A stretch of DNA of 64,000 nt from Planctomycetales bacterium (lineage in GTDB: Bacteria > 4484-113), in contig JBBIRS010000006.1 of assembly GCA_037441675.1 (NCBI GenBank), forward strand, positions 1 to 64,000, given 5' to 3'. The notes beneath the pieces were generated by a model that worked only from the letters and a program-made list of their open reading frames with translations, was not told the origin of the DNA and did not search any database. How positions within the stretch are numbered: position 1 is the first letter of the stretch; each line of letters starts with the position of its first letter. Below, piece after piece: positions 36,409-45,524 of this stretch. Position numbers and translations under genes: made by a program.

Positions 36409-38612
36409 TGGAAGGTCTTTTTCACAGCTTGGTTCTTCTCATTCCCGCCCTACCTCTTTTCTCTTTCATTTTCATAATCCTTTTAGGGATTTATATCAAA
36501 GACAGGGCATCTCACTTAATAGCTACCTGGGCAATGATGGTGACTATCGTCCTAGCACTTTTTATCTTTTACGAAAAAATCACTGGAAAAGTAACGGAGC
36601 ACTTCGTTGCCTCTTGGGAGTGGGTGAGGGTAGGTGATCTTAGCATTCCTTTTGCCATTTACATAGACAACGTTGCGTCACTAACCCTTGTAATGGTTAC
36701 AATTACCGCTGGGATGATTCACCTTTTCAGTCAAGGGTATATGAAAGGTCAGGTGCGTTACAGCAGGTTCTTCGCGCTCATCTCTTTATTCACCTTTGCA
36801 ATGCTCGGCGCAGTGATTGCAGACCATCTCATCAATTTCTACATTTTCTGGGAAGTAATGGGTTTCTGCAGTTATGCTCTCATTGGCTTTTACTTTGAGA
36901 AGAGAAGCGCGCAACTTGCGATGAAGAAAGCCTTTATAGTGACACGTATTGGCGATGTGGGAATGTTACTAGGGATTGTTCTGCTTTACTTCACAACTGG
37001 AACAGTGCGCTTCTCAGAGATGCCTTCCGCCTTTCTTCAGGGAGAGGTCTCTCTGCCGATGAGCTTAATAACTGCCATAGGACTGCTTCTATTTATGGGT
37101 GCGGTGGGTAAGAGCGCGCAATTCCCACTCCACGTATGGCTCCCAGACGCGATGGAAGGTCCAACTCCAGTTTCCGCTCTCATTCACGCCGCGACAATGG
37201 TTTCCGCAGGAGTTTATTTCATAGTCAGAATTTATCCTATCATCTCCGCAAGTGAAATCACACTTTTGGTTGTTGCTGTCATCGGGGGGATTACCGCGTT
37301 TATAACCGCGCTTGTAGGCTTAGTGATGAAAGATATTAAACGTGTCCTCGCATACTCTACGATGAGTCAGCTTGGCTTTATGTTTTTAGCTCTAGGCTCA
37401 TTGGGTTACAGTGCTGGCGTGTTTCATCTGCTCAATCAAGCATACTTCAAAGCGGGACTATTTTTAGGGGCTGGTTCAGTAATTATGGCTCTTCATCACG
37501 AACAGGATATGCGTAGAATGGGTGGGCTTAAAGCTCTTATGCCTATAACATATGTTACCTTTTTGGCTTGCAGTCTTTCACTTATGGGCATCCCACCATT
37601 TAGTGGCTTCTGGAGCAAGGATGAGGTGCTTTCAAGTGTGTTTGCACGCGCGGTAGAAATTGGAGGGCTTTATCCATTTCTCTTCGTTCTTGGCGAGTTG
37701 ACAGCACTGATTACAGCGCTCTATATGACACGTCTTTTAATTCTTTCATTTGCAGGAACTTGCCGATTTGTTGCCCCACCTCCCCCAGACTACTTGTTTG
37801 ATAAGGAGCGGTTAAATAGACAACAAGTCGAATGGGAAATTAAGAAATATGGGAAGAGCCTAGGAGGATTAGCTACGCTGTATCAAGAAGAACCAGCGGC
37901 ATCCTCTGCTACTCCAGATGGAGGCGGTAATATGAAGCTGGAGTTGACTAAAGAGCTGACCTCAAACATTGGCTCTCATCATGAATCTCATTCCCAGCCA
38001 GCACATCTTCCTAAAGAGTCCCCATGGGTTGTTTGCACCGCACTAATTGTGCTTGCTTTCTTTGCGACATTTTTCGGCTTTATCGGCGCTAGTCCGATTA
38101 GCATTCACCTCTGGCACAAGCTTGTTCACTTCGGAGAACTCCACGAATCGGTTAACTATCTAGTTCTAGCCATATCAACGATAATGGCTTTTTCAGGTCT
38201 GGTGATTGGTTATCTTATCTGGGGGCTTAAAGTCTCATTTTTCCTAAAGGCATATAATCATCCCTGGATTAAAGCAGTTGAGCACGTACTAATAAATAAA
38301 TACTTTTTTGACGATTTCTATGAGGGTTACATTGTCAAACCGGTCGTTTGGCTCGCTAAGGCATTCTGGGCATTTGACATCCGGGTTGTTGATATGCTTG
38401 TAAACGTGGTGGGTTCAGGCGCAAAACTCTTCGCTTACGCCTATGCCTGGTTTGACTTATGGGTTGTTGATGGGCTCGTAAATCTTGCTGGTTATATTTG
38501 GCTTGGAATTAAGTGGTTAATACGCCCAATGCAAAGCGGGTATCTTCAACACTATATGCTCTTAATACTGATCTGGGCAATAATTCTCTTTGTTTATCGT
38601 TATCTATTTTGA
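36402..38612 (+). CDS. nuoL: Complex I subunit L
   Basis: FWE, GKSAQFPLHVWLPDAMEGPTPVSALIHAATMV, YSTMSQLG, GFWSKD. Confidence 0.96.
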   Translation: MVMEGLFHSLVLLIPALPLFSFIFIILLGIYIKDRASHLIATWAMMVTIVLALFIFYEKITGKVTEHFVASWEWVRVGDLSIPFAIYIDNVASLTLVMVTITAGMIHLFSQGYMKGQVRYSRFFALISLFTFAMLGAVIADHLINFYIFWEVMGFCSYALIGFYFEKRSAQLAMKKAFIVTRIGDVGMLLGIVLLYFTTGTVRFSEMPSAFLQGEVSLPMSLITAIGLLLFMGAVGKSAQFPLHVWLPDAMEGPTPVSALIHAATMVSAGVYFIVRIYPIISASEITLLVVAVIGGITAFITALVGLVMKDIKRVLAYSTMSQLGFMFLALGSLGYSAGVFHLLNQAYFKAGLFLGAGSVIMALHHEQDMRRMGGLKALMPITYVTFLACSLSLMGIPPFSGFWSKDEVLSSVFARAVEIGGLYPFLFVLGELTALITALYMTRLLILSFAGTCRFVAPPPPDYLFDKERLNRQQVEWEIKKYGKSLGGLATLYQEEPAASSATPDGGGNMKLELTKELTSNIGSHHESHSQPAHLPKESPWVVCTALIVLAFFATFFGFIGASPISIHLWHKLVHFGELHESVNYLVLAISTIMAFSGLVIGYLIWGLKVSFFLKAYNHPWIKAVEHVLINKYFFDDFYEGYIVKPVVWLAKAFWAFDIRVVDMLVNVVGSGAKLFAYAYAWFDLWVVDGLVNLAGYIWLGIKWLIRPMQSGYLQHYMLLILIWAIILFVYRYLF

Positions 38613-38628
38613 AAATTAAGGAATAACT

Positions 38629-40260
38629 ATGTCACTTGGCGGTCAGATTCTTATCTTTCTTATGAATCCGATAAACGTTTGTATCTTCGTTCCATTCCTC
38701 GGTGCAATCATTCTAATGACAGTCAATCACAAGCAAGAGAAGCTAATCCGCACCCTTGCTCTTCTCTTCACCCTAATACCTTTTATCATTTCACTTGGTT
38801 TATGGTTTGGAACTTGGAGTTTTCTTGGGCTCAAATTCCCAGCAGGCTTTTTTGGAGAGTTAATGCGTTTATGGGGAAAGTTTGTTCCTACCTTGCAGGG
38901 TGGATTCAACTACTTCCTTGACATTCCTTGGATTGAAATTCTTCGCATTCACTATATTGTTGGGCTGGATGGTCTCTCTTTCCCACTTTTTATTCTGACC
39001 ACATTCTTAAGCTTACTTGCCTGCATCGCAAGTTTTGGTATCAAAGAAAGAGTGAAGGAATACTTCGTTCTATATCTAATCCTCGTAGGCGGAATGCTTG
39101 GTGTTTTCGCGGCTTTGGATTACTTCCTCTTCTACCTATTTTGGGAAGTATCCCTAGTACCAATGTACTTTCTCATCGGGATATGGGGCGGTCCAAGGAA
39201 GGAGTATGCAGCAATTAAGTTCTTCATTTACACGCTCTTTGGAAGCGTGTTTATGCTAATTAGCATTATCGCAATGTTCCTTTACAGTGGGGTAGGGAGT
39301 TTCTCAATTGTGGAACTGCAAAACGCGGAAGGGTTAGTTATTCAACCAATTTTCGTGCGCACACTTATTTTCTTAGGATTCTGGCTTGCTTTCTCTATCA
39401 AAATACCACTCTTTCCTTTTCATACCTGGCTTCCAGACGCGCACGTGGAAGCGCCAACCCCAATATCGGTTGTCCTAGCGGCAATTCTTCTGAAAATGGG
39501 AGGATACGGCTACTTAAGGGTTCTTTATCCGACATACCCAGATGTTGCGTATGTTTTAGGTGCTTTTATTGGTGTCCTTGCAGTTATCAGCATCATCTAC
39601 GGCGCGCTGGTTGCTATGGTTCAGCCCGACCTTAAGAAACTCGTTGCCTACTCCTCTGTTTCACATATGGGTTTTGTTACTCTTGGAATAGTCAGCATGA
39701 ATCCTGACGGCATTTCAGGCGCGGTAATGCTAATGCTAGCTCATGGTTTAACCACCGGAGCACTGTTCCTTCTGGTTGGCGTCATATATGACCGCACCCA
39801 TACTCGCCTAATCGCAGAGCTAGGTGGTTTATCACTAACAATGCCCAGGTTTGCCTTCAATATGTTTGTTTGCGCCTTTGGTTCTCTGGGGCTTCCAGGT
39901 CTAGTAGGATTCTGGGGTGAATTCTTGATAATTAAAGGTGCGTTCACCGCCAATGAAGCTTGGCAGAGGGTTATCGCCTGGGGTATAAACGGCGAAACTT
40001 TAATGCGAATCTTTGCGGTTTGTGCGGTTATTGGCATTATTCTCACCGCTGGATATATCCTCTGGATGCTGGAGCGGGTAATGCTGGGTAGAGAGCATCC
40101 CCGTTGGATTGGCTTGCCAGATATGATTACGAGAGAGTACTTAGCACTGGTTCCGATTACTATTCTTGTAGTAGCGTTTGGCGTCTATCCAAGACCGGTA
40201 ATGGAATTGTTCAGCTTTTATTCCACTGAACTTGCCCGATACCTCACATCCGTGGTATAA
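38629..40260 (+). CDS. nuoM: Complex I subunit M
   Basis: FYLFWEVSLVPMY, KIPLFPFHTWLPDAHVEAP, LLKMGGYG, AYSSVSHMG. Confidence 0.96.
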   Translation: MSLGGQILIFLMNPINVCIFVPFLGAIILMTVNHKQEKLIRTLALLFTLIPFIISLGLWFGTWSFLGLKFPAGFFGELMRLWGKFVPTLQGGFNYFLDIPWIEILRIHYIVGLDGLSFPLFILTTFLSLLACIASFGIKERVKEYFVLYLILVGGMLGVFAALDYFLFYLFWEVSLVPMYFLIGIWGGPRKEYAAIKFFIYTLFGSVFMLISIIAMFLYSGVGSFSIVELQNAEGLVIQPIFVRTLIFLGFWLAFSIKIPLFPFHTWLPDAHVEAPTPISVVLAAILLKMGGYGYLRVLYPTYPDVAYVLGAFIGVLAVISIIYGALVAMVQPDLKKLVAYSSVSHMGFVTLGIVSMNPDGISGAVMLMLAHGLTTGALFLLVGVIYDRTHTRLIAELGGLSLTMPRFAFNMFVCAFGSLGLPGLVGFWGEFLIIKGAFTANEAWQRVIAWGINGETLMRIFAVCAVIGIILTAGYILWMLERVMLGREHPRWIGLPDMITREYLALVPITILVVAFGVYPRPVMELFSFYSTELARYLTSVV

Positions 40261-40681
40261 AGTTCACCTTATAAGTGTTTAATAGAGCTGAACTTTTAAC
40301 TATCTCTTCCAAACGCCAAATATTTCAAGCACGGAATGATCCGTCTTATGTTGCGGTCTGATATTATTGATCCAACATCATAATCTTTATAAGCCAAATA
40401 TTTGCGCTTAAGCATTCTAGATTGCTGCGTTCGTGAATTTAAGAATGTTCAATAAAGCAAATTTATAAGGGAAGGAATATTTTCTCTTAAATATCTTGAC
40501 TTTAACATAAAAAATGTGAGAAAATATTTATTTGCGAATTAATAAGGATAATCTCGCGCATTTTCAGTTTGATTTACACGTTAACGGTGAGGAGTATTAA
40601 ACCTCCGAAAGGTGTAAAAACGTGAGGCGAGTCGGTATCATTTTACGAAACGAATAATCAATATGTATTTAGGAGAAAGAA

Positions 40682-41878
40682 ATGGCAAGACAGAAATTTG
40701 AGCGAACAAAACCACACATGAATGTCGGAACCATTGGTCACGTAGATCATGGAAAAACTACGTTAACTGCCGCCATTACTAAGGTTCTAGAAAAGAAGAA
40801 GATGGCGAAGTTTGTTTCTTTTGACGAGATTGACAAAGCTCCTGAAGAGAAAGAACGCGGTATTACCATCCAGCTGGCACATGTGGAATATGAAACTGAG
40901 AAGCGCCACTACGCGCACGTTGATTGTCCTGGGCATAAGGACTACATAAAGAATATGATCACTGGTGCTGCTCAGATGGATGGGGCAATTTTAGTTGTTT
41001 CTGCGGCTGATGGTGCGATGCCTCAAACCCGTGAGCACATTCTACTCGCCCGACAGGTTGGTGTTCCATCTATAATAGTTTTCTTAAACAAGGTAGATTT
41101 GGTTGATGATCCGGAGCTTGTTGACTTAGCTGAGGAGGACGTGCGGGAGCTTCTCACGAAGTATGGTTTTCCTGGAAACGAAATTCCAGTGGTTCGTGGT
41201 TCCGCCTTGAAGGCTTTGGAAACTGATGGTAACCCGCACCCCGATAACGAATGCATTACCCAACTACTTGACGCAATGGACTCTTATTTTCCAGACCCAG
41301 TACGGGATATTGATAAACCCTTCTTGCTCGCAGTTGAAGACGTATTTTCAATCACGGGTCGTGGAACTGTTGCTACAGGTAGAGTAGAACGTGGCAAAAT
41401 CAGAGTAGGAGAGGAAGTGGAAATAGTTGGTCTCACTCACGAGAGGAGAAAGACTGTCGTAACCGGTGTGGAAATGTTCCGTAAAACTTTGGATGAAGGT
41501 ATAGCGGGTGATAATATTGGCGTGTTATTACGAGGAATTGAAAGAACAGGTATCGAACGTGGGCAGGTTATCGCCGCTCCTGGAACTATCAATCCTCACA
41601 CGAAATTTAACGCGAAAGTTTACGTGTTGAAGAAGGAAGAGGGCGGTCGCCATAAACCGTTCTTCAGCGGTTATCGTCCTCAGTTTTATATGCGAACCAC
41701 CGACGTTACGGGTACTATTAAACTTCCCGACGGCAAGGAAATGGTCCTTCCCGGTGATGAAGTGGAACTCACAGCTGAGCTTATTGCGCCGGTCGCTATT
41801 GAAGAAGGTATGAGATTTGCCATTCGCGAAGGTGGAAGAACCATTGGTGCAGGTGTTGTTACGAAGATAATTGAGTAG
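40682..41878 (+). CDS. tuf: Elongation factor Tu
   Basis: [28 protein letters not shown]. Confidence 0.99.
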   Translation: MARQKFERTKPHMNVGTIGHVDHGKTTLTAAITKVLEKKKMAKFVSFDEIDKAPEEKERGITIQLAHVEYETEKRHYAHVDCPGHKDYIKNMITGAAQMDGAILVVSAADGAMPQTREHILLARQVGVPSIIVFLNKVDLVDDPELVDLAEEDVRELLTKYGFPGNEIPVVRGSALKALETDGNPHPDNECITQLLDAMDSYFPDPVRDIDKPFLLAVEDVFSITGRGTVATGRVERGKIRVGEEVEIVGLTHERRKTVVTGVEMFRKTLDEGIAGDNIGVLLRGIERTGIERGQVIAAPGTINPHTKFNAKVYVLKKEEGGRHKPFFSGYRPQFYMRTTDVTGTIKLPDGKEMVLPGDEVELTAELIAPVAIEEGMRFAIREGGRTIGAGVVTKIIE

Positions 41879-41883
41879 TTTTA

Positions 41884-42066
41884 ATGCCAGAGGTAAAAGC
41901 TAAATCAAAGAAGGAAAAGCGCGTCCTAGTTATTCTTGTCTGTTCGGAGTGCAAGTCAAGGAACTATTACACAAGGAGAAACCGAGCCAATAATCCTAAC
42001 AAGATGGAGCTTAAGAAGTATTGCCAATTCTGCAGAAAGCACACGCTACATACGGAAACAAAATAG
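41884..42066 (+). CDS. rpmG: 50S ribosomal protein L33, Zn-binding form
   Basis: [22 protein letters not shown]. Confidence 0.96.
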   Translation: MPEVKAKSKKEKRVLVILVCSECKSRNYYTRRNRANNPNKMELKKYCQFCRKHTLHTETK

Positions 42067-42125
42067 GGTCTTAGCTTATGTTGAATAAAGTGTGGGGTGA
42101 TGTGGTAGTAAATTGTGGCGGGATT

Positions 42126-42198
42126 AGGCCCATAGCTCAAGTGGTAGAGCATTGGTCTCCAAAACCAAAGGTTGTCGGTTCGAGTCCGGCTGGGCCTG
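42126..42198 (+). tRNA. tRNA-Trp(CCA), CCA end not encoded
   Basis: AGGCCCA/TGGGCCT acceptor stem, TTGGT-CTCCAAA-ACCAA anticodon arm; between rpmG and secE. Confidence 0.96.
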
Positions 42199-42310
42199 TT
42201 TTGAGTGAATTGATTTTGCATTTGAAAAAATTTAGGCTAGAGCAGATAGGTGAATGGGTTTTATGAATTTAAGTATATATAGATAGTTTCTTAGTCATTT
42301 ATTAGAAGAA

Positions 42311-42586
42311 ATGAGGAGTACAGTTGTTGACAAAAGTGGTCATTCAAAGGCTGAGAGAGGAGCCACTGGTTCCGCGCGAGCTGACACTGGAAGTCGTACT
42401 GAAACAAACGCGGTTTCCCGTTACTTTAATGAGTTACGCATTGAGTGGAGTAAGATTACCTTTCCTAGCAAGAAAGAACTTTGGCAATCTACAATCGTAG
42501 TATTTATTTTCTCTATAGCGGTAACTATGGTGATTGCGTTTTACGATATTTTGGTGACTTTACTCTTTAGGTTTTTATTACCTTGA
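42311..42586 (+). CDS. secE: Preprotein translocase subunit SecE
   Basis: ELRIEWSKITFPSKKELWQSTIVV plus one TM; synteny. Confidence 0.92.
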   Translation: MRSTVVDKSGHSKAERGATGSARADTGSRTETNAVSRYFNELRIEWSKITFPSKKELWQSTIVVFIFSIAVTMVIAFYDILVTLLFRFLLP

Positions 42587-42678
42587 AATTTAATCCAAAC
42601 TATTCGTATGAGGAAAGCTTGAGAAAAGTAGCAGGTAGTATAACTTTTGAATTTTGATAGCTATGGAGAGAAAATGAT

Positions 42679-43242
42679 ATGCCTTGGTATGTTATACATA
42701 CGTTAAGTGGATATGAAGAAAAAGTGGCGAGGACTTTGCGCCATATGAAGGAGTACGGCCAACTTGATGGCGATGTACATGAGATAGTTGTTCCTTACGA
42801 GAAAAGGCTCGAATCGGTTAAGGGCAAAAAGCACACGGTTGAACGAAAAATATTTCCCGGTTATGTTCTAATTCATATGAACCTCACAGATGAAAATAGA
42901 ATCATTCTAAAGCAAGTTCAGGGTGTTATAGGCTTTGTTGGTAGTGCATCATCTCCCCAGCCTCTTTCCCAGGAAGAGGTTGAATCCATTTTTGCAAGAA
43001 TGGAGATGCAGGATCCTCTACTTGAGACTTCTTACAAGGTTGGAGACACTGTGAAGGTTCTTGCAGGTCCCTTTGTAGATGCGATTGGGAAGGTCAAAGA
43101 GATTGATGCGGAAAAGAGGAAGGTAAAGATACTTATTTCACTTTTTGGGCGTGATACAACCGTTCAGCTGGACTTTGATCAGCTTGAGCCCTTTGAACCG
43201 GAAGGAGAAGCGCGTTCTACGCATTCTGAAGGTGAAGGTTAA
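42679..43242 (+). CDS. nusG: Transcription factor NusG
   Basis: WYVIHTLSGYEEKV, FPGYVL, KOW motif, LFGRDT. Confidence 0.97.
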   Translation: MPWYVIHTLSGYEEKVARTLRHMKEYGQLDGDVHEIVVPYEKRLESVKGKKHTVERKIFPGYVLIHMNLTDENRIILKQVQGVIGFVGSASSPQPLSQEEVESIFARMEMQDPLLETSYKVGDTVKVLAGPFVDAIGKVKEIDAEKRKVKILISLFGRDTTVQLDFDQLEPFEPEGEARSTHSEGEG

Positions 43243-43247
43243 CTCCT

Positions 43248-43793
43248 ATGGCTAAGAAGGAAATACTAAAAGTAATCAAATTGCACCTGAAGGGCGGTGG
43301 GGCATCACCCGCACCTCCCCTTGGGCCCGCTCTCTCTCAAGCCGGTGTTCAAGTAATGGAGTTCTGCCGTCAGTTTAATGGGGCTTCTAAAAATCGAGCT
43401 GAAGAGACCATTCCAACTGAGATTATTATTTATAAGGACAAGAGCTTTGAATTCAAGCTGAAAACTCCAATTACGAGTGATTTAATAAAAAAGGAATTGG
43501 GCATTGAAAAGGGTTCCAGTGAACCAAACAGAATTAAAGCAGGTTTCCTCACTCGTGAACAAATAAAAAGGATTGCTGAGATTAAGCTTCCTGACCTTAA
43601 CACTACTGATATAGAGAGAGCTATTAAGATTATTGCAGGAACATGTAGGCAAATGGGCGTTGAAGTGGAAGGATTTGATTATAAAGTTACACACTCTTCT
43701 TTAGTTGGGAAGAAGAAAGAAGCTAAGTTGGTTTCAGTTGGAACTTCTCCTGAAAATGCCATAGGGAGTGAAGCATCAACGAGGGAATCTTAA
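43248..43793 (+). CDS. rplK: 50S ribosomal protein L11 with C-terminal extension
   Basis: [32 protein letters not shown]. Confidence 0.96.
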   Translation: MAKKEILKVIKLHLKGGGASPAPPLGPALSQAGVQVMEFCRQFNGASKNRAEETIPTEIIIYKDKSFEFKLKTPITSDLIKKELGIEKGSSEPNRIKAGFLTREQIKRIAEIKLPDLNTTDIERAIKIIAGTCRQMGVEVEGFDYKVTHSSLVGKKKEAKLVSVGTSPENAIGSEASTRES

Positions 43794-43798
43794 TTATT

Positions 43799-44494
43799 AT
43801 GAAAAGATCAAAGAAATATTTGGAGATGAAGAAAAAGTTAACGACCGACGGAAAAGCGGTTTCGCTTCCAGAGGCGGTGACAAAACTCAAGGAGATTATA
43901 CGAGACTGGGAGCGCGTTGATATGGCGGTTCTGCTGGGTGTTGATCCTAGGAAGGCTGACCAAAGTGTGCGTGGTTCGGTTGTTCTTCCGCACGGTTCAG
44001 GTAAAGAGGTTAAAATTGCTGTTTTCGCCAAGGGAGAAAAGCTCACTGAGGCAAAGAACGCTGGTGCGGACTTTGTAGGGCTGGAAGATTTGATTGAGCA
44101 AATTCAAAAGGGAGAGATTAACTTTCATATCGCCATTGCAACACCAGATGTGATGAAGGAAGTAAGTAAAGTCGCAAAGATTCTCGGTCCGCGAGGTTTG
44201 ATGCCTAATCCTAAAAGTAGTACTGTGACCTTTGACGTTGCTCATACAATAAAAGAATTCAAATCCGGTAAAGTTAACTTCCGTGTGGACAAGGCTGGAG
44301 TAATTCATTCCTATATTGGCAAGGGCTCTTTTCAAGCTAACCAGCTAGTTGAAAATGCCCAGGCTCTTGTTTCTGAAATTGCTAGGTTGAAACCTCCTTC
44401 AGTAAAAGGTCAATACATCAAAAGCATCGCTATATCCGGTACACAAACTCCCTCAGTAAAAATAGATGTTCAAAGCGTGATAGGTGTTGGTTAA
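43799..44494 (+). CDS. rplA: 50S ribosomal protein L1
   Basis: [30 protein letters not shown]. Confidence 0.97.
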   Translation: MKRSKKYLEMKKKLTTDGKAVSLPEAVTKLKEIIRDWERVDMAVLLGVDPRKADQSVRGSVVLPHGSGKEVKIAVFAKGEKLTEAKNAGADFVGLEDLIEQIQKGEINFHIAIATPDVMKEVSKVAKILGPRGLMPNPKSSTVTFDVAHTIKEFKSGKVNFRVDKAGVIHSYIGKGSFQANQLVENAQALVSEIARLKPPSVKGQYIKSIAISGTQTPSVKIDVQSVIGVG

Positions 44495-44496
44495 TT

Positions 44497-45018
44497 ATGC
44501 TAAGAATTGATAAAGAAAAAAAGGTTGATTACTACTCTAAGACAATAGAGTCTTCATTGTTCATCTTTTTTGTAGATCCGGAAAAGATAGGTATTAGAAC
44601 AATGCAAGAAATTAGGCAAAGGCTAGCAAGACTTGGTGCAAAGGCTGTTTATTTGAAGAATACATTGGCTCGTATAGTATTTGAGAGGAGGGGGTTAAAT
44701 CAGGTATGTGAGATTCTCACCGGACCATCACTTATGGTAACTGGAACTTCTGATGTCTCCGCAGTTGCTAAGTTAGTTAGAGAAGTTCAGCGAGATTCTA
44801 AAGATCAGTTATTTAAGGTCAAGGGCATATGGTTTGACAAAAAGCTTTACAGTGCGGAGGAGTTTAAGCTGTTTACCAGTTTACCAAGTCTCTTGGAATC
44901 TCGTTCAACACTTCTGGGGATATTTCGTCAGCCTACCCAGAATTTTGTGAACATCTTGTCTGAAACTCGAGCTAGGCTCGTAAGGTGTCTCAAGGCAAGA
45001 TCAGAAAAGGCTGAATAA
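44497..45018 (+). CDS. rplJ: 50S ribosomal protein L10 (divergent)
   Basis: KNTLAR, LTGP, LPS motifs; between rplA and rplL. Confidence 0.85.
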   Translation: MLRIDKEKKVDYYSKTIESSLFIFFVDPEKIGIRTMQEIRQRLARLGAKAVYLKNTLARIVFERRGLNQVCEILTGPSLMVTGTSDVSAVAKLVREVQRDSKDQLFKVKGIWFDKKLYSAEEFKLFTSLPSLLESRSTLLGIFRQPTQNFVNILSETRARLVRCLKARSEKAE

Positions 45019-45057
45019 AGGCTGTAAATACTATTATATTCAAAGGAGAAATGTGAG

Positions 45058-45441
45058 ATGGCAGAACTTGAGAAAATTATTGAGGAACTGGAGAAGCTAA
45101 ACGTTGTTCAGATTAATGAGCTTGTTAAAGCACTGGAGGAGAGGTGGGGAGTTACCGCATCAGCAATGGCAGCACCAATGGCTGTTTCGGTTCAGCCGAC
45201 CGCTACTGAGACTCAGGTGGAAGAAGAGAAAACCACCGTAGATCTGATTCTGAAGGATGCTGGTGACTCAAAATTACAGGTTATAAAAGTAATACGAGAG
45301 CTAGCTGGGCTTGGCTTAAAGGAGGCGAAGGAGCTTGCGGATAATGTTCCAAAGCCTATCAAGACTGGAATAAGCAGAGAGGAAGCGGAACAGCTTGCCG
45401 AGAAGTTTTCTGAGTTAGGTGCAGTTGTTGAGCTTCGATAA
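45058..45441 (+). CDS. rplL: 50S ribosomal protein L7/L12
   Basis: LVKALEERWGV, EEKT, KLQVIKVIRE..GLGLKEAK. Confidence 0.97.
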   Translation: MAELEKIIEELEKLNVVQINELVKALEERWGVTASAMAAPMAVSVQPTATETQVEEEKTTVDLILKDAGDSKLQVIKVIRELAGLGLKEAKELADNVPKPIKTGISREEAEQLAEKFSELGAVVELR

Positions 45442-45524
45442 TAGTGGGATTAAAAATCGCCATTTAATTTTGGCGCGTTTTTGCGCGTAAAATGCCCGGA
45501 TAGGGTTTTACGGAGGTAGAAAAG

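Noticed and set aside
40259..40296. Terminator after nuoM (AAAGTTCA/TGAACTTT)
   Set aside because: The stem is AT-rich with a 22-nt loop, too weak to call.
41967..42266. ORFs of 84 and 62 aa
   Set aside because: They are shadows of tRNA-Trp and rpmG.
45458..45482. Attenuator between rplL and rpoB
   Set aside because: The stem is only 5 bp. It is plausible but unsupported.
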